A stretch of 64,000 bases of DNA from an uncultured Nitrospiraceae bacterium (GTDB taxonomy: Bacteria > Nitrospirota > Nitrospiria > Nitrospirales > UBA8639), in assembly GCA_963730905.1 (NCBI GenBank), contig CAVSTN010000015.1, forward strand, positions 13,877 to 77,876, in the 5' to 3' direction. The stretch's first letter is position 1. Each line of letters begins with the position of its first letter. Position numbers and translations under genes: made by a program. The notes under the pieces were generated by a model, which worked only from the letters and a program-made list of their open reading frames with translations, made no database searches and had not been told where the DNA came from. This document shows, in pieces, positions 34,271 through 44,627 of the stretch.

Positions 34271-35606
34271 TTGAACATGTGCTCTAAATTGAGTGCTCAT
34301 ACTTTCCATGCCCGTTGGATCATTATTGGGGGCCTGATACAAATCCTTGCTTTATTCCTTGTCATCCCAGGTATAACGGAATATTTTCCTGGGATTTATA
34401 TGATTAACAGTTTTCCGGATGACTACGACAAGTTGGCGTCAAACCTTCTTGCCGGGAACGGGTATCGAATTTTCCCTGATACTTCCGAAACACTTCTGCG
34501 AACCCCCAGGCTACCCACTCTTTTTAACAGTCATCTTCTATTTTTTTCCGAACAGTTTGGTTGCGGTGAAGATAGTCAATCTGACTTTGGGCCTCCTTAC
34601 GGCCTGGATTGTCGCTCTCCTTACCTGGCGACTTACAGCTCACAAAGCGACCGCAACATTGGCTGCATTTTTGTTTTTGACCCACCCGGCTATTCTTTTT
34701 GCCCAAAGCAGAAGTGGCCCGGAATCTTTGTTTACTCTCCTTACCACTGGATTTGTTCTCGCACTCTGTCAGGCTTTTGATCGAAAAAAAATGCTCGACT
34801 TCGTTATTGCGGGAATCTTGTTAGGGATGGCGACAATGGTGAAAAGCACGACCATTTTCTTTCCCGCATTCCTCTTTGGTCTTGTGTTGTTAAAAAAACA
34901 ATGGCACTCAGCCTTCAAAATTTGGATGCCCAGGTTGGCGTTAATGGTTCTGGGCATGCTCCTTGTGCTGGCCCCTTGGATTGTCCGGAATTATTTGCTG
35001 GTCCATCAATTCATCCCAACCATGACGGTAGCGGGTACTTCAGCAACCCATGGCTTATATGTCTGCAAAAATTTTTCCTTCAAAGCGAATATGGGTCAGC
35101 AATATTCTGAGGCAGCCAAACAACTCAATGCGGTTGCCGCGCAGCTACAACTACCTCACCGTGGAATGTTTTTCCAATATTTCTATACCGCTGAAGATGA
35201 GGTTCGTTTCAATCAACACCTCTTGAGAACCGTTTACGATGAATATCGAAAATCGCCTGCATTACTGGCTCAATGTTCCTTGCAAAATGTTTTCAACTTT
35301 TGGTTTGCGGGTCGGACCTGGAAGTCGACCATACTCAATGTTTTAGTCCAAACCCCTTATCTCATTTTGGCTGCTCTTGGCGTGTACTTCTGTATCCGAA
35401 ATGGCTACTTCAAACAAATGGTTCCAATTCTTGTATTTGCAGGGTATTTCTATATCATTCATTTGCCGATTATTGCTTTAGCCAGGTACTCCGTGCCCCT
35501 CATTCCATTTCTCGCAATTTTTTCCGGAATCGCGATCGATGAATTGCGAATGAGATGGTGCAACCGTTCTGTCCTTAAACCACAGACCCGCCAGGACCTG
35601 AAATAA
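34271..35606 (+). CDS. GT39/ArnT-like (GT-C) membrane glycosyltransferase; frameshift at C-run ~34505
   Basis: DDYD..A.NL..G.G, R(T)PGYP, PESLF, PWIVRNY, RYSVP. Confidence 0.8.
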
Positions 35607-35838
35607 ATCTCTCATCTCGGTTGAGGCCTCGGAACGAGACCGTTTTCTTGGCGAGATTACGTTGCCTCACGCGTTTTCGGTCGTTCGCGCTTTGCATTGC
35701 GATCGGCAGGAACAACGTTCAAATAAAACTTTTTCCCATTAGTCAACGTTGGGGAATAGGTCAAGCAGACATCTCAATCCAACTGAACAACAAGTTGATG
35801 AGACAAAAATAGGCCTGTATTTCTTGAATTGGTAGAAA

Positions 35839-36794
35839 TCATTTTTGCCGGAGATACCAGTCATATGTAAGATTGATACCTTTTTCTAGAGAAATTGAGG
35901 CCTTCCACCCTAACTTCTGAAGTCGGGTAATATCTAATTTTCGTTTTGGAGTGCCATCCGGCTTGGTGGAGTCCCACTTGAAACTCGCTTTCGTCTCCCA
36001 CAACCTTTCGGGTGATGTCGGCTAGCTCTCGAATCGTGATGTCCTCGCCGCAACCCACATTAATCAGTGGGCCTGCCGAATAGTGTATAAGTTCAGCAAA
36101 ACGGTCATCCGGTAGATTCATGAGGAAGATAGAGGCTTGGGCACAGTCCTCGACATGGAGGAATTCTCTTTTGGCCAAGCCTGTTCCCCAGAGTGTGACA
36201 GGTGTCCCCTTCGTTTTGGCTTCATGAAATTTTCGAATGAGGGCCGGTAACACATGGCTGGTTTGTAAATCGAAATTATCCCCTGGGCCATAAAGGTTTG
36301 TGGGCATGGCACAGAGAAATTTGCGTCCCATATTGCCTGTTGTAGGATTCGCACATTTTTATTCCAGCGATTTTCGCGATGGCATAGGGCTCATTGGTAG
36401 GTTCCAATGGGCCGGTCAGGAGGTAATCTTCTTTTATGGGTTGTGGGCAATGCTTGGGATAAATGCAGACGCTTCCGAGAAATAACACACGCTTGACTCC
36501 GCATCGATGCGCTGCATGTAACACATTCGTCTGAATAGCCAGGTTTTGATAAATAAAATCAGCAGGATACGAATGGTTGGCTAAAATTCCCCCTACTTTT
36601 GCAGCAGCAAGGAAGACATAGTCAGGATGTTCTTGCACAAAAAACTCTTCAACCGCTTGTTGATTAGTCAGATCCAACTCGCCGTGCGTCCTGGTAACAA
36701 GATCCGAATAACCCAGGCTTTGGAGCTGATGGAGAATGGCAGCTCCGACCATTCCCCTATGCCCGGCGATGAATATTTTACTTTTAGGTTCCAT
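35839..36794 (-). CDS. fcl: GDP-L-fucose synthase, two frameshifts (~36328, ~35980)
   Basis: [41 protein letters not shown]; tail [10 protein letters not shown]...TYDWYLRQK* ending at 35839. Confidence 0.92.
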
Positions 36795-36967
36795 AGAGTT
36801 GAGTTTTGTCAGTTTGGTATTAGTGTGTCTGAAGAATCCAGGCTACTTCCCTCAACTACCTGCTGTGGCAGGACCAGAAGCTTTAGAGGCTGACGGATTG
36901 GCAAAATTTCTGATCACTTCTTTGGAGCCAATCCGGTCGACGAGATTGTTGTATTCCAGATATAGCT

Positions 36968-38015
36968 TTAATCTCCGCTCCACCATTTATCAGGAAATTT
37001 CGCATTAAGAATGGCGTCCCCATCGCCCCTTGGCGCCAATCCAATCTTCCGTAGATCAGCATCGACCATGATTCTGACTAACTCCTGAAACGTAATGCGG
37101 GATTGCCATTTGAGAGATTCTTCGAGCTTTTTCTGGATTGGCGACAAGAATATCGACCTCCGTGGGCCTAAAGTATTGCGGATCTTCTTTGACAAAATCC
37201 CGCCAGTCGAGTCCTACATAACCAAACGCTTCTTCTACTAATTCCCGAATCGTATGGGTTTCTCCCGTACCAATGACATAATCGTTGGGGCTGGCCATTT
37301 GCAACATCTGGTACATCCCCTCAACGTATTCCGGAGCAAACCCCCAGTCCCGTTTCGCCTCGAGGTTACCCATATACAGATTTTTTTGCTTGCCCGCGAC
37401 AATATTGGCCACGGCACGGGTAACTTTGCGAGTGACAAATGTTTCTCCCCGTCTAGGGGATTCATGATTGAACAGAATACCATTGCAGGCAAACAGATCA
37501 TGGCCTTCTCGATAGTTCACCGTCATCCAGTAGGCATAGACTTTGGCTGCGCCATAAGGACTACGTGGATAAAACCGGGTATCTTCAGACTGCGGAGGGG
37601 GAGAATTCCCAAACATCTCACTTGATGATGCCTGATAAAATTTACAGGAAACCTTGCTTCGCTTGATGGCCTCAAGAATCCTCGTCGTCCCTAGCGCCGT
37701 GACGTCACCGGTATATTCCGGAGTATCAAAACTCACTCTGACGTGGCTTTGGGCACCTAAATGATACACTTCCTGCGGTTGCGTGTGATAAATGAGATTG
37801 GTGAGTTGTCCTGAGTCACTCAAATCTCCATAGTGAAGGAATAACTGGGCATTAGTCTCATGAGGGTCTGTATAAATATGGTCAATCCGACTCGTATTAA
37901 ATGTACTCGCACGTCGAATGAGCCCATGCACTTCATATCCCTTGCTGAGGAGAAGTTCAGCCAGGTACGAACCATCTTGCCCAGTAATACCGGTAATGAG
38001 CGCTTTTTTTTTCAT
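36968..38015 (-). CDS. gmd: GDP-mannose 4,6-dehydratase, frameshift ~37120
   Basis: [39 protein letters not shown]; tail in ORF 36968..37195. Confidence 0.95.
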
Positions 38016-38045
38016 GAACGATTTTCCTATAGACCCCTTGTGTGA

Positions 38046-39485
38046 CTATGTCGCGCCGGTTCTTCTGAGAACCACAGGGATAGTTTTCAGCAAAATTTTC
38101 CAATCCAGCCACAACGACCATTGGTCAATATATTCGAGATCCAGCTCCATCCATTGCTCAAATGAGAGTGCACTCCGACCATTAACCTGCCAGAGACAGG
38201 TCAAACCTGGTGGGACGCTGAATCGACGACGATGCCCATCTTGGTAAAAGGCTTCGAAATCACGCACCTGGATGGGTCGGGGCCCTACCAGACTCATGTC
38301 TCCCTTGAGGACATTGAACAACTGCGGAAGTTCATCGATACTTGTTTCCCGCAGAAATTTTCCAATTCGAGTAACCCGTGGATCAGCTGAGATCTTAAAA
38401 GCGGCTCCCGTGGCTTCATTTAATGGTTCAAGACTAGGGAGCAGAGCTTCCGCATCAGGCACCATTGAGCGAAATTTATACAGGTTAAATGGCCGTTTAT
38501 TTATCCCTAATCGCTTTTGAACAAAAAAGATGGGACCTGGCGAGGTCACTTTGATACATACCGCAACAAGCCCCAAAAAAGGGAGAAGCAGGATGAATGC
38601 CGGGAGCGCAATGAGGATATCGATTACTCGCTTGATAAAAATAGCTTGGTCCCCGATCGCTCCAGTTTGAAGGGTGAGGGTAGAATGTGCCTCAAGTTGA
38701 TCGGCGAAATGCTTCGCCAATTTCGGACTGAACAAATCACCCTGAAATCTGACCAATATGCCTTGTTTTTCACAATGTGAAACAATTTCCGAAGCCTGTT
38801 CATAATAAGACCGGAGAGGTAACGTCATAAATACTTCGTCGACGGCAAACGTTCGCAGAAAAGCCGGGAGCCCTTGCAGATTTGCCACAAGCGGGAACCG
38901 GTTGTCCTGCCATTGGCCAAGACCTTCCCACGGTTCATCCGCAAAACCAATGAGCCTGTATCCCAACTCAGGGTGGGTCAGAATATCGTGTGCGAATCGT
39001 GTGGCTCGCGAATTGGTCCCGACGATCAAAACATTTCGTGAATTTCTTCCCTTTCGCCTGATCCAGCGCAAAGAGGTTCGTAAGCACACACGGCTCAGAC
39101 AGGTCAGGAGAGTTACGACTATCCAAAAAATTGGAAGAAACCATTGGGAAATCATCTGTATCTGAAAGATAACGGACACCGTCCCTATCAAAAGGGTTCC
39201 TACCGTGGTGGCCTTTATGATGTCCCGCAACTCATCTTTCAGGGAGGAGAGACGTTTCGATTCATAAAGCCGAAACACCAAAAAAATGATATACCAGGCA
39301 TACAGTAAGCCCACGACCAATATCGCGTTGTGAATGGAAATGCGAATACTAAGAAATTCTTCAAACTCAAAGAGGGATGTGGAAGGAGCATACAGAAGGC
39401 ATGTGACGAGCACAAAAGAAATGCCCATCAACAACACATCGACCAATTTACTGGCCTGAATTAGTACAACGCGTCGAAATGACAT
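38046..39485 (-). CDS. Priming undecaprenyl-phosphate sugar phosphotransferase (WcaJ/CpsE-like)
   Basis: N-terminal TM helices, KRVIDI, KFRSM, DELPQLFNVLKGDMSLVGPRP. Confidence 0.93.
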   Translation of the reverse strand: MSFRRVVLIQASKLVDVLLMGISFVLVTCLLYAPSTSLFEFEEFLSIRISIHNAILVVGLLYAWYIIFLVFRLYESKRLSSLKDELRDIIKATTVGTLLIGTVSVIFQIQMISQWFLPIFWIVVTLLTCLSRVCLRTSLRWIRRKGRNSRNVLIVGTNSRATRFAHDILTHPELGYRLIGFADEPWEGLGQWQDNRFPLVANLQGLPAFLRTFAVDEVFMTLPLRSYYEQASEIVSHCEKQGILVRFQGDLFSPKLAKHFADQLEAHSTLTLQTGAIGDQAIFIKRVIDILIALPAFILLLPFLGLVAVCIKVTSPGPIFFVQKRLGINKRPFNLYKFRSMVPDAEALLPSLEPLNEATGAAFKISADPRVTRIGKFLRETSIDELPQLFNVLKGDMSLVGPRPIQVRDFEAFYQDGHRRRFSVPPGLTCLWQVNGRSALSFEQWMELDLEYIDQWSLWLDWKILLKTIPVVLRRTGAT

Positions 39486-39940
39486 TTAATAATCTCAATA
39501 GAAAAAGACCATGATGTTCAGAAAAACCAGGTTGGCTTGAACACATTTTAAAGGACAAAGAGATTTTCCTAAGTAGGGTTCGTGCCTCACTGGGAAATGA
39601 ATAAACAAACCCGCCCGTTAGCCAAAACAGTCGAATGTCCTGCACTGATTAAAAAACAAATTTGGAATCTGAACGAATTACCTACCTTGAGAATTACGTC
39701 GCAATATCCGGTAACACATCATCAGTTCTACAAGGATTTGAGTTGAAAAAGGCGGAAATGAACTAGAGGAAGATGAAAAAAATGGTAAGAAATTAGGATT
39801 GAATCCATTGCACTTATGAAAATAAAATAAATAATATATATAAGATTAAATAATTAAGTGCAACTTCTGATCAAACATACACAAATCGAATCGTGCAAAG
39901 CAACCATTAAATAAAATGAACATCCACTAATATTATATAA

Positions 39941-39956
39941 AGCAAAATATGTACCG
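39941..39956 (-). promoter_or_regulatory. Putative sigma-54 (-24/-12) promoter for the EPS operon
   Basis: Minus strand CGGTACATATTTTGCT = GG-N10-GC with TTGC, in an AT-rich region ~460 bp upstream of the first gene. Confidence 0.45.
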
Positions 39957-40651
39957 AATAAGTACTGAGAAAACCGTCCAAAATTTTCATATTAATAACA
40001 TATAGTTAGATATAATTTTCAGAAAAACTTACTTTAAAATACCCAAGTAGTATGTATTAATAATATTACAGTAATACTACGTACTCATCACATTCACCCG
40101 ATAAACTTCAGACATATGCTTATTGTTTTCAATGTTTTTGGCCCTCGTTGGGTAGATGTAGGCTACGCAGGCTTTTTCCTACAATAAACCATTACGATCG
40201 CACACTAAAAACAATTCACGGTCGGAAGAGAATGCATATCTTAAGGAACGTCATCCGACAGACAGGCGATTTTTCGTCTACCGACTAAACCAAGACGTGA
40301 GGATTGGAGAGAAACTTCTAAGAAATGTCTCAGGCTTTTTCTCAGAGAAACAAGGAAGGTTTCTACACGCGGTGCCCTTAAGTCACGGCTTGCGAAGATC
40401 TGTATGAAATCAAAGATTGTCTGGTGCTATGTGCTTGTCAGGAATAGACCAAGACCACGGGAAGGGTTGTCATGACGGGCTGATGGAGAACCTTGGCCGG
40501 CACCTTTTGTTGGGCCAATGTCGATACGGTGCAATCAAAATGTTTCCACATTCATTTATGAAGTCGGAGTCCCCTACTTTTTTAGTGACACATATTGTGA
40601 GATTTTTGTCACATCTATTCCGCGATCATGATCCGGACCTGGAGCTGCAAA

Positions 40652-40819
40652 CTTCTCAGTTATGGTGTTTGCTTTGATGAAATGGAAATAGCCATGGTTC
40701 CTTCCGGAAGATCGGGGGACCATCCTCCACCAACCCTTATATAGAGTTGCACCATCGACACCAAATGCAGACGATGGGTGGACGTGAGCTCGAGTTCGGA
40801 AACGAACAAAACTCGTTTG
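40652..40819 (-). pseudogene. Orphan 3' tail of the efflux outer-membrane factor gene (diverged direct repeat of 43167..43334)
   Basis: 168-bp gap-free alignment, about 21 mismatches by manual count, includes the stop codon and a few downstream bases. Confidence 0.88.
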
Positions 40820-40824
40820 ATGAA

Positions 40825-40943
40825 TTATGATTTTTTAAGCACTTGTTCTAAGTGCTCGACGATTCGCAGAGCCGCCTTGCCATCCCATTTGGGAGGGATG
40901 GACCCTTTTTCCCAACGGTGGTCTCCTCGGTAATGCCTCCGCT
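40825..40943 (-). pseudogene. Orphan, internally deleted 3' tail of wecB
   Basis: SGGITEETTV // WEKGSIPPKWDGKAALRIVEHLEQVLKKS* versus intact SGGITEETTV...WKKGSIPPKWDGKAAERIVACLERVL. Confidence 0.88.
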
Positions 40944-40962
40944 GAGGGTGCTTCACATCCTT

Positions 40963-41000
40963 CCCTTCACTCTAACCCTGGCCCACAAAGGAGCGAGGGA
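40963..41000. repeat. Degenerate REP-like element (CCCTCACCCTAACCCTCTCCC..GGGAGAGGG type)
   Basis: CCCTTCACTCTAACCCTGGCCCACAAAGGAGCGAGGGA. Confidence 0.4.
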
Positions 41001-41112
41001 ACCTTGGGTGGCAATGCGCAGCCGACGGGCATCTGTAAAGAGGTTCGGAAACACGTTGCCGGACAGCAGCTTGGTCGTGCGTATGGTGTGGGACAGCATC
41101 AAACTGGATTGT

Positions 41113-41343
41113 TCAGGCTATCAGCGGAATTTCACGGCAGACCCCTTCCGCCTCCACAATGAGGGTACCATGGTCTTCCGCCAATTGCTCGTTGGCATTC
41201 AATAATTCGATACCATAGACGGTGCCATCCGGCGCCATGTCGATGTTCATCTCGTCGCTAACTTTAATGGTGGTGACTTGCTCCGTCTTTTCGTGCAAGC
41301 GCAGATACGCAATGTTGCATTTTGCATCATAGCTAAGCTTCAT
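41113..41343 (-). CDS. DUF2283-family protein (putative antitoxin)
   Basis: MKLSYD...IAYLRL...NID...G..YGIELLNA; GGAGG RBS. Confidence 0.82.
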   Translation of the reverse strand: MKLSYDAKCNIAYLRLHEKTEQVTTIKVSDEMNIDMAPDGTVYGIELLNANEQLAEDHGTLIVEAEGVCREIPLIA

Positions 41344-41356
41344 AGCCCCTCCCTGT

Positions 41357-41605
41357 TCAGAAGAATTTGACCATAACGGTAATGACCAGCCACCCATTCT
41401 CTTCGACCGCATATGCTTCGACCTGTTTCGTCGCATAGCGCTTTCCAGCCCACTCTCGGTTAAACGGGAAGTTATGCCGGAATCCTATTCTGCCATATTT
41501 TGCGCCGAAGCGTTCGCCCCTTTTCACCGTGAGTGCAACTTCTTCCTCTGTTGCCCCGCGTTCATGCAAACGACTCTTGGCATGGGGGTGCAATCTGACC
41601 TCCAA
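41357..41605 (-). CDS. DUF4258-family protein (putative RelE-like toxin)
   Basis: HPHAKSRLHERGATEEEV...LVITV; TTG start after AGAGGA; paired with DUF2283. Confidence 0.78.
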   Translation of the reverse strand: MEVRLHPHAKSRLHERGATEEEVALTVKRGERFGAKYGRIGFRHNFPFNREWAGKRYATKQVEAYAVEENGWLVITVMVKFF

Positions 41606-41686
41606 TTCAGTCCTCTTCCTGCGCCCACCATGCACCATTCTCGTTTCGCTTAGAGACTCTGCGTCGAGCACAAAGCATGCTTCGTC

Positions 41687-42790
41687 TCATATACTCACCA
41701 GCACTCGTTCCAGACACGCCACGATCCGCTCGGCCGCCTTGCCATCCCATTTTGGAGGGATGGACCCTTTTTTCCATTGGCCCGCTAACAATCGTGCCAG
41801 CGCCGGCGGCAGCTTGCTTGGATCAGTCCCAATGAGTTCGTTGGTTCCCATCGTAATGGTCTCGGGGCGTTCCGTATTGTCACGCAACGTCAAGCACGGC
41901 ACGCCTAAAACGGTGGTCTCCTCGGTAATACCTCCGGAATCGGTAATCACCCCACGAGCATGTTTCACCAGATAGTTGAATTCCAAATAGCCCAGCGGAT
42001 CGATGTAGTGCAGTTGTGGCGACTGGGTGTCGAGTTCACGCAGACTCTTCGCCGTACGAGGATGAACAGGGAACACCACAGGTACCCCGCATGCGCCGTC
42101 GGCAATGGCATGCAAAAGCCACAACAACTGTTGATCCCCATCGACATTCGCCGGTCGATGCAGGGTCACAACAAAATAGTTGCCTGACTCAAGTTTTAGT
42201 GATTTCCAACAGTCCGGTGGACGCAAGCGCGGCATCTGTTTGAGTAGGGTGTCAATCATCGTATTGCCAACAAAGAATATGCGGTCGTCTGTGATGCCGG
42301 ATCGGCGAAGATTCTCGTTAGCCGTCTCGCTCGTGGTAAAAAACCAGTTAGTGAGAGAGTCGGTCACGACCCGATTGATCTCTTCCGGCATAGTCCAGTC
42401 GCCCGAGCGGATCCCGCCTTCAACATGCGCCACCGGCACCCCGAGTTTGCGGGCGACAATGGAGCAAGCCATGGTCGAGGTCACATCCCCAACCACTAAG
42501 CACAGGTCGCTTTTTTCCTTGAGTAACACCTTTTCATAATTGACCATGATCGCTGCCGTTTGCTCAGCCTGTGTGCCAGACCCCACTTCCAGATTGATAT
42601 CAGGATCCGGGATACAGAGTTCCTCGAAGAAACTCCCTGACATGGTCCGATCATAGTGCTGCCCCGTATGGATCAAGCGGAAGCGTAAGACCCCTCCCCG
42701 CGCCTCAGCCGCTTTGAGCGCATCGATGATGGGCGCAATCTTCATGAAGTTGGGTCTGGCGCCGGCGATCAGATCGATTCGTTTCATCAT
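41687..42790 (-). CDS. wecB: UDP-N-acetylglucosamine 2-epimerase (non-hydrolysing)
   Basis: GARPNFMK, HTGQHYD, MPEEINR, TDSGGITEE, LRDNTERPET. Confidence 0.95.
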   Translation of the reverse strand: MMKRIDLIAGARPNFMKIAPIIDALKAAEARGGVLRFRLIHTGQHYDRTMSGSFFEELCIPDPDINLEVGSGTQAEQTAAIMVNYEKVLLKEKSDLCLVVGDVTSTMACSIVARKLGVPVAHVEGGIRSGDWTMPEEINRVVTDSLTNWFFTTSETANENLRRSGITDDRIFFVGNTMIDTLLKQMPRLRPPDCWKSLKLESGNYFVVTLHRPANVDGDQQLLWLLHAIADGACGVPVVFPVHPRTAKSLRELDTQSPQLHYIDPLGYLEFNYLVKHARGVITDSGGITEETTVLGVPCLTLRDNTERPETITMGTNELIGTDPSKLPPALARLLAGQWKKGSIPPKWDGKAAERIVACLERVLVSI

Positions 42791-43174
42791 GGCATCAAGA
42801 GAAAAACAGGCACCCCATATGATGTGGCTGCCCCGCGCAGTCATGAGAGGTTGTTTGGTGTGAGAGGAGAGGAGGTCTACAAGTCAAATAAGCCATGCAG
42901 AGCAATTCTGTCTTCTTACGTTTTCTCACTTTTGCGATCAATTCGCGTGAGGGTGTTTTAACCCTTTAATGTTAACCCTTTAATGGAACCTTCTCCCATC
43001 GACCCGCTCAAGCGGGTTCCGCGAAGATTCTCGATGAGCCTTAGCATTTAGAGCCTGGGTACAGATCCTTCGCCGTTGATGTAGAAAGGTCGATGACGTC
43101 CTGGAAAACTCCCTGGCCACCCATTATACATCTACTGCCCAACGAATACGATCCTTGAACGTCAACCTTCTCAG

Positions 43175-44626
43175 TTAGGGGGTTTGCTTTGATGAACTGG
43201 AAATGGCGATGGCTTCTTCAGGAGATTCCGGGGACCATCCTCCCCCCAACGCTTTATAGAGTTGCACGATCGACACCAAATGCAGACGATGGGTGGACGT
43301 GAGTTCGAGTTCGGAAACGAACAAATCTCGTTTGGCAATGAGCACATCAACATAACTGGTCAGGCCGCCTTTGTAGCGAAGGTTGGCCAAACGCAATGCC
43401 GACCGGAGAGCCGTGACCTGATCCTCCTGGGCATTCCGTTGGGAATCGGCCGTGCGCACCGCCACCAGGGCATCCTCCACTTCTTTGAATGCCACAAGAA
43501 TGGTTTGCTCATAATCGGCCAAAACCTGCTTGGCCTGTGCTTCGACGGCGTCCTGCTGGAATCCCAGAACGGAAGCATTGAACACGGGCCCCAACAGGCT
43601 GGGTCCTGCTTCCGCAAACTGCCCATTGGCCTTACCACCGCCTTTCACAAGTTGGGAAAAATGCGGGTTGGCATAGCCCATGAGGCCGGTGATTGAGATT
43701 TTCGGAAAACGGTCGGCCTTGGCCATGCCGATCCGTGCGGTTGCGGCGGCCAATTGGTCTTCCACTTGCAGGATGTCCGGACGACGCTTGAGAAGCTCTG
43801 ACGGCAACCCAGGGGGGACGACTGGCGGCATCACCTGCTCGGTCAGGGACACTCCCCGCGAAATGCTTTGGGAATTGCGCCCGAGTAATACGCTCAGCTC
43901 ATTTTCTTTCTGGATCATCTGCCGTTCGAACTGCGCCACGCGAGCCGCCGCATTCGCCCGCTCCGACTCAAACTGGTCTGCATCGAGTTTTGAACTTATC
44001 CCTTGCCGTAATCGCGCACGGGCAATGGCCACGGATTCTTTCCAGGACTCCAGCGTGCGCTTGGCAATGTCCAATTGCATGTCGAATTGAAGAAGATCAA
44101 AATACGCTTGGGCTACGCCGCTCACCAGCGACAGGACCACGGCCCGACGGTTTTCCTCCTGGGCGAGCAGATCGGCGCGGGCCGCTTCGTTGGACCGCCG
44201 GATGCGCCCCCAGAGGTCGATCTCCCAAGCCAGGTTTCCTGTAATATAATAGTTGAAGGGATTGGGGAACCCGGGCGCGGAGAAGTTGCTCTGCCGTCCG
44301 AGAGCCGGGGCGCTGGAGGAGACGTTGAGTTGTGGGGCGAAGTCCATCGTCGCGATCATCGCGCGTGCTTGAAATTCCTCCACGCTGGCTGCGGCCTTCT
44401 GGAGATTCTTGTTCTCGCGAAGCGCTATGCGTATCAGGTTTTGCAACTCTTCGTCGTGGAGCAATTCCCACCAGGGAAGATTCGCAATCGACTCCCCTTC
44501 AGTGTCGGACATGCGAAACTGGTCGGCCGTGTTGATATCGGGCCGTGAGTAGTCCAGTCCCATGGCGCAGGACATGCCGGCCAATGCGAACAGCGCGGAA
44601 AGAAAGATGTTGGTTGCCGGACGCAT
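43175..44626 (-). CDS. RND efflux outer-membrane factor lipoprotein (NodT/OprM family)
   Basis: Lipobox-like LAGMSC, WEIDLWG, PSELLKRRPDI, LYKALGGGW. Confidence 0.93.
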   Translation of the reverse strand: MRPATNIFLSALFALAGMSCAMGLDYSRPDINTADQFRMSDTEGESIANLPWWELLHDEELQNLIRIALRENKNLQKAAASVEEFQARAMIATMDFAPQLNVSSSAPALGRQSNFSAPGFPNPFNYYITGNLAWEIDLWGRIRRSNEAARADLLAQEENRRAVVLSLVSGVAQAYFDLLQFDMQLDIAKRTLESWKESVAIARARLRQGISSKLDADQFESERANAAARVAQFERQMIQKENELSVLLGRNSQSISRGVSLTEQVMPPVVPPGLPSELLKRRPDILQVEDQLAAATARIGMAKADRFPKISITGLMGYANPHFSQLVKGGGKANGQFAEAGPSLLGPVFNASVLGFQQDAVEAQAKQVLADYEQTILVAFKEVEDALVAVRTADSQRNAQEDQVTALRSALRLANLRYKGGLTSYVDVLIAKRDLFVSELELTSTHRLHLVSIVQLYKALGGGWSPESPEEAIAISSSSKQTP

Positions 44627-44627
44627 G

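Noticed and set aside
345-38015. Programmed frameshifting or phase variation as the cause of split genes
   Set aside because: Runs are short (3-5 nt), lack slippery heptamer/stimulator patterns and hit unrelated genes; assembly error is simpler.
40417-41205. Plus-strand ORFs 40417..40677 and 40852..41205
   Set aside because: Overlap the antisense strand of the OMF/wecB remnants and the DUF2283 gene.
42958-42987. Tandem TTAACCCTTTAATG x2 upstream of wecB
   Set aside because: Only two copies; consistent with a local slippage duplication.
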